Assembly (NCBI GenBank): GCA_964426415.1
Contig: CAYRQM010000001.1
Span: forward strand, 2,803-66,802
DNA: 64,000 nt
Origin: an uncultured Christensenella sp.
Lineage (GTDB): Bacteria; Bacillota; Clostridia; Christensenellales; CAG-138
Direction of reading: 5' to 3'
Shown: positions 20,242 through 28,167 of the stretch, one piece after another
How the letters are laid out: every line of letters starts with the position of its first letter
How positions within the stretch are numbered: position 1 is the stretch's first letter
Notes under the pieces: model-generated
Database searches by the model: none
What the model was told of the DNA's origin: nothing
Seen by the model: the letters and a program-made list of their open reading frames with translations, nothing else
Program-made: the position numbers and the translations under genes

Positions 20242-21564
20242 TCAGACGGGCACGTTGTAGATTTTCTTGACGTCCGCTTTGCCGCGCACCATGACGAGAA
20301 ATACGCAGGCGATGTTGACCAAGTTGATGAGCAGCATCACCATCGGGATGGACACGACGAAGGACGCGCCAAACAGCGTGACCGAGGCGGTCTGATCGAT
20401 GACCAGCTTGCCGATGATGCCGCCAAGGAGCTGCCCCAAGATGGCGCCCAGCATATTGAACATTTGAAAGACGCCGTTGAATCGTCCGCGCACGCTGTCG
20501 GGCACATAGCTTTGGGTGGCGGCGATGCGGATGTTGTAGCTGTTGACGCCCAAGATGCCGACACAGAAGGTGCAGGTTCCCATCAGCCACCACAAGGAAT
20601 TGGGCAGGAACAGGTAGCTGCCTTCCAGCACGCAGATGGCAAGGTAGACAAACACGGCGATGGCGAACTTCTTGTCGGTGGGATACTTGGTAAAGTATTG
20701 GATGCCGCCGCCCGCAAGCCTGCCAAACGTACCCATTGCCATGAGAATCGTAAACAGCATCACGCCCGTGCCAAACAGCGCGGGTACGGTGGCGCTGTCC
20801 ATCCGCATGAAATACGGCTGCAGGAATGTTTGGGAAATGCTGCCCAAAAGGGTGGTGCAGAAGAAGTAGGCGGTGATGACGGCAAGCCCCTTTTCCCGCT
20901 TGAGATACCGCACGCCCTCCTTGAGATCGTCGAAAAACGTGCGCAGCGTCTGCCGTGCCGCTTTCTCCGTTTGCGTTTCGTGCACGCGGATGCGCGTTTC
21001 GAAGATGGCGGCGATGAGAAACGTGACGGCGTTGAACAGGAACAGGAACGAAATGCCCTTGTCGCTGACGGTGTAGGCGATGCCCGCAATCGGAATCATC
21101 ACGGCGGCGGACAGCGGCCACAACAGGCTGGAGACCGAGTATGCCTTGCGGAAATTGCCCTTGCTGATGAGATTGGGGTAAAAGCTCTCGTATGCGACGC
21201 CGTACACGCTGTCGATGGAACCAATCACAACGCTGGCGGCGAGGAAAGCAAAGTATTGAAAGAACCCTTGATACAATAGAATAAAGAGGATCAGGTACAT
21301 CCCCGCGGAGATAAAGTCCAGCACATAGATGACGCGGCGGCGGGAGAAGCGGTCGAGAATCGGCCCCACCAACAGCGGAAGGAGGATGCGCGGCAGGGAG
21401 TAGATGATCATGAACGCGGCATATGCAAGGGAGTCCTGCGTTTCGGCGTACACCAAAAGCCCCATCGCCCAGCCGGCGACGGAGGAGCCCAGCATGGAGA
21501 TCAAGCTGCCGACGGTGATGATCGTGAAGTTTTTTGTCCAAAGCTTTTGCGGTTTCGTTTCCAT
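20242..21564 (-). CDS. MFS transporter
   Basis: 440 aa from METKPQKLW with about 12 hydrophobic segments. The longer ORF-track start (21675) has no support. Confidence 0.8.
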   Translation of the reverse strand: METKPQKLWTKNFTIITVGSLISMLGSSVAGWAMGLLVYAETQDSLAYAAFMIIYSLPRILLPLLVGPILDRFSRRRVIYVLDFISAGMYLILFILLYQGFFQYFAFLAASVVIGSIDSVYGVAYESFYPNLISKGNFRKAYSVSSLLWPLSAAVMIPIAGIAYTVSDKGISFLFLFNAVTFLIAAIFETRIRVHETQTEKAARQTLRTFFDDLKEGVRYLKREKGLAVITAYFFCTTLLGSISQTFLQPYFMRMDSATVPALFGTGVMLFTILMAMGTFGRLAGGGIQYFTKYPTDKKFAIAVFVYLAICVLEGSYLFLPNSLWWLMGTCTFCVGILGVNSYNIRIAATQSYVPDSVRGRFNGVFQMFNMLGAILGQLLGGIIGKLVIDQTASVTLFGASFVVSIPMVMLLINLVNIACVFLVMVRGKADVKKIYNVPV

Positions 21565-21571
21565 GGCGGCT

Positions 21572-21600
21572 ATTCTACCACAGCCATGCCGGATGCGCAA
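21572..21600 (-). promoter_or_regulatory. promoter TTGCGC-17-TGgTAGAAT, N7 before ATG of the MFS gene (leaderless or near-leaderless candidate)
   Basis: The minus strand reads TTGCGCatccggcatggctgtggTAGAATagccgccATG. No SD. Confidence 0.5.
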
Positions 21601-21674
21601 GGAATATTCAAAAGGAGGGATGTTCAAAACGGACAAAACATGATAGAATGCTAAAAAGTCAGGAGGAACGACCA

Positions 21675-22268
21675 ATGAAGACAGCCATTCGATATCGCTA
21701 CATTGACGACTACAAAACCGTCCCCTATGTGGCAGCCAACGGAAGATCCAAAGAGAAAGTGCAGTACATCGGCGAGTGGGTGCTTTTTTTGGACAACGAA
21801 GCCGTTTTGCGGAAAAAGTTTTGGATAATGCGCGTGACGGCGATCGTGAGTTTCCTCGCCCTGTTCGGCGCGCTGCTGTGCAGCGGCGAAACGGACTTGT
21901 TTGAGTTTGCGACGATCCCGCTGGCGATGGGTCTGTTCCCGCTGACGTACCAGATCATGGGCATATGCTCCCTTCCGCGTAAATTCGCGCCCATGGAACG
22001 GCGCCCCTATCAGCACGGCGTGCCGCGGGTCAATCACAGCGCCATGGGGCTTGCAATTCTCGGCGGCGTGGGGCTTTTGGCGCGTTTGACGGTCACCATT
22101 TTGGGCGCGTTTCATGTGGTGCAGGCGGCAGCGTTCGGTTGGCTCGACGTGCTGTTCCTGTTCTCGACCGTCGTTTTGATCGGCATGAACCTGTTCTGCT
22201 TCCTCTCAAGCCGCAAGATTGCAGTGGAAGAACGGCCAAACGAAGACTTTCCTTCCAAACCACGGTAA
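21675..22268 (+). CDS. hypothetical membrane protein
   Basis: 197 aa from ATG 21675 after AGGAGGA, with four hydrophobic segments. I recognise no family. Confidence 0.6.
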   Translation: MKTAIRYRYIDDYKTVPYVAANGRSKEKVQYIGEWVLFLDNEAVLRKKFWIMRVTAIVSFLALFGALLCSGETDLFEFATIPLAMGLFPLTYQIMGICSLPRKFAPMERRPYQHGVPRVNHSAMGLAILGGVGLLARLTVTILGAFHVVQAAAFGWLDVLFLFSTVVLIGMNLFCFLSSRKIAVEERPNEDFPSKPR

Positions 22269-22290
22269 GCGACACGAAAAAATGAGATAT

Positions 22291-22298
22291 TTTATTTT
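22291..22298. repeat. left copy of the 8-bp target-site duplication TTTATTTT
   Basis: Identical octamer immediately outside both IS ends. Confidence 0.85.
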
Positions 22299-22322
22299 GG
22301 CTCTGTTAAAGAATAGTGTTGA
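22299..22322. repeat. IS left terminal inverted repeat GGCTCTGTTAAAGAATAGTGTTGA
   Basis: Its reverse complement is present at 24431-24454 with one mismatch. Confidence 0.88.
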
Positions 22323-22385
22323 AATCGGCTATTTTCTGAATAAATGGTTATAATATAACTATACAGAAGATACGGAGGGATTATT

Positions 22386-23447
22386 ATGCCAAGTGTGGAG
22401 TCAATTAAAAGAGATATACAGTCTTTAGGAGCAACAGCACAAGAAGAAATATTAAATTATCTTGAAGAAACTATTGTGTTAGGTTCATTTGCTACAGAGG
22501 TTACAAATGAAGTTAAAGAGAACCGATTTTCTAGGGGAAAGGTCTGTCCTCACTGTGGACATGATAAAGTATCAAGAAATGGTAAGTACAATGGAAATCA
22601 AAGATATATCTGTAAATTCTGCCGTAAGACTTTTACTGACTTTACACGCTCACCACGTTATAACAGCAAGAGGGACACTAGGAAATGGATACTCTATGCT
22701 AAGTGTATGATAAATGGCTATTCTATAAGAAAGTGCGCCAAATTAGTTGGAATTAGCATCCCTACATCATTTTATTGGAGACATAAGATTCTAGATGCTA
22801 TCAGAGTATATATGGGTACTGGCATTGTAGAAGGCGTTATAGAAGTTGACGAGGCTTTCTTTAGAGAATCTTTTAAAGGTGACCATAAGAAAAGCACCAC
22901 ATTTACAATGCCACGAAAAGCCCGTAAGAGAGGGATTAAAGGTAGTTTTAGCAGTAAAGATGAAAAGAGAAAAAGAGGTATATCCAAGGAACAAGTTTGT
23001 GTAGTATGTGCTATGGACAGAACAGGAAACCTTATTACCGAACTCATATGCAAAGGAAGAATGAAGCATACGGATTTAGAAAGGCTCTTTAGAGACAGAA
23101 TTGAGGATAATTCTATTCTTTGCACTGACTCTCATAAGAGTTATATTAAGTTTGCACAAAATTTAGGCATAGAACTTCAACAAATTAAGCGGGGTAAACA
23201 TAAAGAAGGTATTTACCATATACAGCATATTAACTCCTTCCATAGTAAACTCAAGAAATGGATGGATAGGTTTAATGGTGTTGCAACTAAATACCTTTCT
23301 AACTATATGTATTGGTTTAAATGGCTTGAAATCTTTAACACGGAGAAAGATACCTTAAAGAGTAAAAATCTAATAGTACAATCTCACACGTCTCATACTG
23401 ATACAAAACTGAAGGACTTTAGGATAAGAAAAGCAATTTACATATAA
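22386..23447 (+). CDS. IS1595-family transposase (ISXO2-like DDE domain, N-terminal CxxC..CxxC zinc finger)
   Basis: 353 aa. CPHCGHDKVSRNG...YICKFCRKTF; VIEVDEAFF; ILCTDSHKSY; HIQHINSFHSKLKKW...KYLSNYMYWF. Confidence 0.88.
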   Translation: MPSVESIKRDIQSLGATAQEEILNYLEETIVLGSFATEVTNEVKENRFSRGKVCPHCGHDKVSRNGKYNGNQRYICKFCRKTFTDFTRSPRYNSKRDTRKWILYAKCMINGYSIRKCAKLVGISIPTSFYWRHKILDAIRVYMGTGIVEGVIEVDEAFFRESFKGDHKKSTTFTMPRKARKRGIKGSFSSKDEKRKRGISKEQVCVVCAMDRTGNLITELICKGRMKHTDLERLFRDRIEDNSILCTDSHKSYIKFAQNLGIELQQIKRGKHKEGIYHIQHINSFHSKLKKWMDRFNGVATKYLSNYMYWFKWLEIFNTEKDTLKSKNLIVQSHTSHTDTKLKDFRIRKAIYI

Positions 23448-23535
23448 TTTTGTTAAATATTTAAAAAAACACATATAATTCTTTATAATTAAGTAATATG
23501 AAATAGTTAAATTTATATTTTTTGGAGGGATATTT

Positions 23536-24360
23536 ATGGAAAATGAAGTAAAAGATTTTTATGATAAGTATGGCATAAAAGAGTGGAATAGGTTGGAAGA
23601 AACTATTTATAGTAAAATCAATTATCTGCTACATATGCATTTTATAGAAAAATACTTGGATAAAGGTATGAAAATTCTCGATGCAGGCTGTGGTGCAGGC
23701 AGATATAGTATTGAGTTTGCGAAAAAAGGCTGCAAGGTAACTTTGTTTGATATTTCTGATGAACAACTTAAAATTGCTAAAGATAAGATTGGTGAAGCGA
23801 AAGTTAATGAAAATATTGAGGGCATCTTTCAAGGGGATATTAGAGATTTATCTCAATTTCAAAATGAACAATTTGATATGGTTGTTTGTTATGGTGCTCC
23901 TTTATCTTATGTACTTGAAAATAGAGAAAAGGCAATATTAGAGTTCAATAGGGTATTAAAAAAGAATGGTTTGTTATTTATTAGTGTAAATAACAAGTGG
24001 GGTATCCTTAAAATGCTTTTAGGTAATAAATACCCTGACTTCTTTAGTAATCCAGAATATTGGCATGTTGACAAAGTAATGAAAACAGGAGATTTACCTA
24101 AGCATGAGAAAGTTGCCCAACCTCCAAGACATTTCTTTGAGGCTATAGAACTTAACAATCTACTAATAGAGAATGGATTTGTTGAAACTGCTTTAGGGGG
24201 AAGCCCTTGCTTTAGTTGTGGTAATGCTCAATCAATCGAGGAATTAGGAAAAGATGAAAAATCATTTAACACAATTCTACAAATTGAAATTGAAACTTAT
24301 ATGAAATCTACTATGGTTGATAATGGAGAATTTTTACTTGCCAAAGCCACTAAAAATTAA
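23536..24360 (+). CDS. class I SAM-dependent methyltransferase (IS passenger gene, substrate unknown)
   Basis: 274 aa. Motif I ILDAGCGAGRYS, followed by VTLFDIS and a VVCYGAPLSY core. GGAGGG SD. Confidence 0.85.
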   Translation: MENEVKDFYDKYGIKEWNRLEETIYSKINYLLHMHFIEKYLDKGMKILDAGCGAGRYSIEFAKKGCKVTLFDISDEQLKIAKDKIGEAKVNENIEGIFQGDIRDLSQFQNEQFDMVVCYGAPLSYVLENREKAILEFNRVLKKNGLLFISVNNKWGILKMLLGNKYPDFFSNPEYWHVDKVMKTGDLPKHEKVAQPPRHFFEAIELNNLLIENGFVETALGGSPCFSCGNAQSIEELGKDEKSFNTILQIEIETYMKSTMVDNGEFLLAKATKN

Positions 24361-24387
24361 TAACATGTAATATTTTAAAAAATGACC

Positions 24388-24416
24388 AAGGGAACCTTTT
24401 AATGGGTTCCTTTTTA
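24388..24416 (+). terminator. terminator inside the IS, after the methyltransferase gene
   Basis: GGAACC-TTTTAATG-GGTTCC then TTTTT. Confidence 0.7.
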
Positions 24417-24430
24417 AAAATAGTATATTA

Positions 24431-24454
24431 TCAACACTGTTCTTTAACAGAGCC
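24431..24454. repeat. IS right terminal inverted repeat
   Basis: TCAACACTGTTCTTTAACAGAGCC, the reverse complement of the left IR (23/24). Confidence 0.88.
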
Positions 24455-24462
24455 TTTATTTT
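24455..24462. repeat. right copy of the 8-bp target-site duplication TTTATTTT
   Basis: See the left copy. Confidence 0.85.
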
Positions 24463-24484
24463 ATATAATTTTTTCGCGAAGTGA

Positions 24485-24513
24485 TTGACAAGTTTGCTCG
24501 AATGTCTTATAAT
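24485..24513 (+). promoter_or_regulatory. consensus sigma-70 promoter TTGACA-17-TATAAT of the ABC importer operon
   Basis: Both hexamers are perfect with a 17-nt spacer, 45 nt before ATG 24559. Confidence 0.75.
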
Positions 24514-24558
24514 CTAACTGTATTTTCATATACAACAAAAAATTAGGAGGATTAGAAA

Positions 24559-27036
24559 ATGCAAAATCTGAGAAGAATTCTTGCGATCGTGCTTGTTCTG
24601 GTTCTGGCACTGGCAGTTGTCGCTTGCGACAAGACCCCGGCCGACACCGACAAGCCCACCGTAACGGATGCACCGAATCCCGATGCTGACGTTACAGACG
24701 CACCGGTAAGCACGCTCCCGACGGAGCCGACGACCGACACTCCGTTGACCGTCGCGTACAGCCCCTTCTCGCAGAAGTTCAGCCCGTTCTATGCGGACAC
24801 CGGCTACGACCAAGACGTCGTTAGCATGGTCAGCTTGGGCCTGATGACCACCGACCGTATGGGCGGCATCATCTACAATGCGATCGAAGGCGAAACCGTT
24901 AGCTATAACGGCACCGACTATCTGTACACAGGCGCAGCGGACATCAGCGTCGATTATGACGAAGCGTCCGACACCACCACCTACACGGCAAAGCTCCGTG
25001 ACGATCTGAAATTCTCCGACGGCGTTGCGCTGACGGCGGATGACGTCATCTTCACGTACTACACCCTGTTGGATCCCGGCTATGTTGGTTCCACCACCCT
25101 GGGCTCCTACGGCATCTTGGGTCTGCAGAACTACCAGACCCAGACTTCCGATGAAGTCTATGCCGAGTTTGGCGCAATCGCGGATGCGATCTATGCGGCA
25201 GGCGAAGCCGGCACCTATGACGATGCCGAGCTGCAGGCGAAGTATTGGGCAATGATGAAGACCAACTGGACGTCCATCTGCAGCGCGATCGTGACCTATG
25301 TTGCGAACAACTACGGCGCAGACAACTACGTACAGGCGTACTTCAATCCCGCCCTGACTTGGGCTGACGTTTCTGCAAACGAAGGTCTGACGGTTGCGTT
25401 CGGCATGGCAATGTGGGGCTTCGGCGCATACGCCGAGGACGGCACATTCAACGATGGCGGCTTGACCGAGAGCTCTTGGGATATGACCACCACCTTCCCG
25501 ACCATTGACGATTACTATGCGGCGACCTATGCAGCGTATGCAGGCGATCCCGCAGCGTTCGCCGGCACAGAAGCACCCAACGGCGAAGATCCGGTAGCCA
25601 TGACGAAGGATCAGTTCATCGCAGAGTGCGGTTCCGCTTCCATGACGGAGCCCATCAAGTACATCAGCGGTATCACCAAGATCGATGATTACACCGTGCA
25701 GGTCGTGACCGCAGGTTACGAAGCCCCCGCTGTGTATTCCATCCTCGGCATCACCATCGCCCCGATGCACTACTATGGCGACGCTTCCATGTACAACTAC
25801 GAAGAGGGTAATTTCGGCTTCACGTTCGGCGATCTGTCCAAGCAGAAGTCCGTAACGGAAACCCCGCTGGGCGCAGGTCCCTACACCTTCGTATCCTACC
25901 AAGATAAGCAGGTCACCTTCGCTGCCAACCCCAACTACTACAAGGGCTGCCCGAAGATTGCCAACGTTATCTTCAAAGAGACCAACTCCGCAGAAGTTGC
26001 AACCGCTCTCAACACCGGCGATGCAGATGCGGGCGAACTGACCGGTTCCCGTACCCGTTTTGAGGAAGTCGCTTCCTACAACAGCAACGGCGAAATCACC
26101 GGCGACGTCATCACAACCTCTAAGGTTGACAACCTCGGCTACGGCTACATCGGCATGAACGCAGACACCGTCAACGTTGGCGGCAACGCGAGCAGCGATG
26201 CATCCAAGGCGCTCCGTAAGGGTCTTGCCACCATCATCGCGGTCTATCGTGATGTTGCGTACGATTCCTACTACGGCGAAGCAGCATCCGTCATCCAGTA
26301 CCCGATCTCCAACACCTCGTGGGCAGCCCCGCAGGCTTCCGACGACGATTACCAGCTCGCGTTCTCCGTGGATGCAAACGGCAATTCGCTGTACACCGCT
26401 GACATGAATGCAGATGAGAAGTACGCAGCCGCAAAGGCAGGCGCACTGACCTGGTTCGCAGCAGCAGGCTACACCGTTGAAGACGGCAAAGTCACCGCGG
26501 CTCCCGAAGGCGCTTCCCTGACTTACAAGTGCACCATCCCCGGCGACGGCACAGGCGACCACCCGTCCTACACCGTTCTGACCATGGCGGAAGAAGCATT
26601 TGGCGAGATTGGCATCACGTTCATCATTGAAGACCTTGCAAACTCCGACGTTCTCTGGAACATGCTGGATGCAGGCGAACAAGAACTCTGGTGCGCAGCT
26701 TGGGGTTCCACCATCGATCCTGATATGTATCAGGTGTACCATAGCTCCGGTGTTGTGGGTGAAGGCGGTTCCGATTCGAACCACTATCACATCCGTGACG
26801 CCAAGCTGGATGAGCTGATCGTTGCTGCACGTCAGTCTGACGACCAGAGCTACAGAAAGTCTGTTTACAAGCAGTGCCTCGACATCATCATTGATTGGGC
26901 AGTTGAAATTCCCGCCTATCAGCGTCAGAACTGCATCGTATTCAGCACGCAGCGCATCAACATCGACACGCTGACCCCCGACATCACCACGTTCTGGGGT
27001 TGGATGAACGACATTGAGCTGCTCGACATGAACTAA
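24559..27036 (+). CDS. ABC transporter substrate-binding lipoprotein, family 5 (peptide/nickel, OppA/DppA-like), oversized (825 aa)
   Basis: Lipobox LAVVAC. SBP_bac_5-like core (e.g. GAGPYTFVSYQ...NPNYY). First gene of the permease/ATPase operon. Confidence 0.85.
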   Translation: MQNLRRILAIVLVLVLALAVVACDKTPADTDKPTVTDAPNPDADVTDAPVSTLPTEPTTDTPLTVAYSPFSQKFSPFYADTGYDQDVVSMVSLGLMTTDRMGGIIYNAIEGETVSYNGTDYLYTGAADISVDYDEASDTTTYTAKLRDDLKFSDGVALTADDVIFTYYTLLDPGYVGSTTLGSYGILGLQNYQTQTSDEVYAEFGAIADAIYAAGEAGTYDDAELQAKYWAMMKTNWTSICSAIVTYVANNYGADNYVQAYFNPALTWADVSANEGLTVAFGMAMWGFGAYAEDGTFNDGGLTESSWDMTTTFPTIDDYYAATYAAYAGDPAAFAGTEAPNGEDPVAMTKDQFIAECGSASMTEPIKYISGITKIDDYTVQVVTAGYEAPAVYSILGITIAPMHYYGDASMYNYEEGNFGFTFGDLSKQKSVTETPLGAGPYTFVSYQDKQVTFAANPNYYKGCPKIANVIFKETNSAEVATALNTGDADAGELTGSRTRFEEVASYNSNGEITGDVITTSKVDNLGYGYIGMNADTVNVGGNASSDASKALRKGLATIIAVYRDVAYDSYYGEAASVIQYPISNTSWAAPQASDDDYQLAFSVDANGNSLYTADMNADEKYAAAKAGALTWFAAAGYTVEDGKVTAAPEGASLTYKCTIPGDGTGDHPSYTVLTMAEEAFGEIGITFIIEDLANSDVLWNMLDAGEQELWCAAWGSTIDPDMYQVYHSSGVVGEGGSDSNHYHIRDAKLDELIVAARQSDDQSYRKSVYKQCLDIIIDWAVEIPAYQRQNCIVFSTQRINIDTLTPDITTFWGWMNDIELLDMN

Positions 27037-27081
27037 TTCGCAAATGCAACTTTTGCAATTTGAATTGTAATTAGGGCAAGC

Positions 27082-27113
27082 GTGTTGAGCCCACCGCAAG
27101 GTGGGCTCAACAC
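27082..27113 (+). promoter_or_regulatory. 14-bp perfect stem-loop between the SBP and permease genes (intra-operon attenuator/stabiliser)
   Basis: GTGTTGAGCCCACC-GCAA-GGTGGGCTCAACAC, with no clean T run after it. Confidence 0.6.
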
Positions 27114-27164
27114 CTCATTATACTTTAGGATGCAGCGGATACGCGCTGCAAGAGGGTGGTACGC

Positions 27165-28154
27165 ATGTGGAAATTCCTAATTCGTAGATTATTATTGGGC
27201 ATTCTCATCGTCGTGCTGGGCGCATTCGTCGTGTTTACTGTCATTCGCTGCTTGCCGACTTCCTATATGCAGAAGATGGCGCGGCAGTTTGCCAGCGCGT
27301 CGCAGGGCCGCATCACATACGAAGAGATGCTAAAAAAGCTGAACGAAGAGTACGGCATGGAAGGCAATATCCTTGTCGGCTTCGGGAAGTGGGCGATTAA
27401 AGCTGTCCAAGGTGACTTTGGCAATTCTTGGAAATACAGCATTCCGGTCACAGAAAAGTTTAACGATGTCATTGGATGGTCGATCCTGATGAATGTCATT
27501 TCATTCGTCTTTGAGATTGCGCTGTGTATTCCGTTGGGCATATTGGCTGCACGCAAACAGTACAGCAAGACGGACTATGCCATAACGGTATTCGCGTTGG
27601 CGTGTATTTCGCTGCCGTCCTTCTATTTGGCAACGGTGCTCAAATACGTATTTTCGGTCAAGCTTGGTTGGCTGCCGCTGTACGGGCTCAAGAGCAGCGG
27701 CTACATCAATATGACGTCCATACAGCGTGTTTGGGACATTACAAAGCATTTGATTTTGCCTGTCGTCACGCTGGCGATGCTTTCCGTCGGCGGCTTGACG
27801 CGTTATACGCGTACCAACATGTTGGAAGTGTTGAACGCCGACTATATTCGCACGGCGCGTGCGAAGGGCCTTTCTGAAAAGAAGGTCATCAACAAGCACG
27901 CATTCCGCAACACCTTGATCCCGCTGGTGTCCTATCTGAGCTACCTGCTGCCCAGCATGTTTGGCGGCGCTCTGATCACCGAGCAGATCTTCCAAATCCC
28001 CGGCATCGGCTTCTATTCTTATCAGGCGATGACCGAGGGCGACATTCCGTTCGCCATGTTCTACATGACATTCTTGATGGTATTGACACAGGTCAGCTTG
28101 ATCATTGCCGACATCATGTACGCCGTTGTGGATCCGCGCGTGCGCGTCAATTAA
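27165..28154 (+). CDS. ABC transporter permease (OppB/DppB-like)
   Basis: 329 aa from MWKFLIRRLL. Motif TARAKGLSEKKVINKHAFRN. Confidence 0.88.
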   Translation: MWKFLIRRLLLGILIVVLGAFVVFTVIRCLPTSYMQKMARQFASASQGRITYEEMLKKLNEEYGMEGNILVGFGKWAIKAVQGDFGNSWKYSIPVTEKFNDVIGWSILMNVISFVFEIALCIPLGILAARKQYSKTDYAITVFALACISLPSFYLATVLKYVFSVKLGWLPLYGLKSSGYINMTSIQRVWDITKHLILPVVTLAMLSVGGLTRYTRTNMLEVLNADYIRTARAKGLSEKKVINKHAFRNTLIPLVSYLSYLLPSMFGGALITEQIFQIPGIGFYSYQAMTEGDIPFAMFYMTFLMVLTQVSLIIADIMYAVVDPRVRVN

Positions 28155-28167
28155 GGGGGCTAAGAGC

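Larger units (their letters stand above)
22299..24454 (+). mobile_element. IS1595-family insertion sequence with passenger gene (ISPna2+-like), 2,156 bp
   Basis: 24-bp terminal inverted repeats (23/24), an 8-bp TSD, a DDE transposase with an N-terminal zinc finger, and much lower GC than the flanks. Confidence 0.88.
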
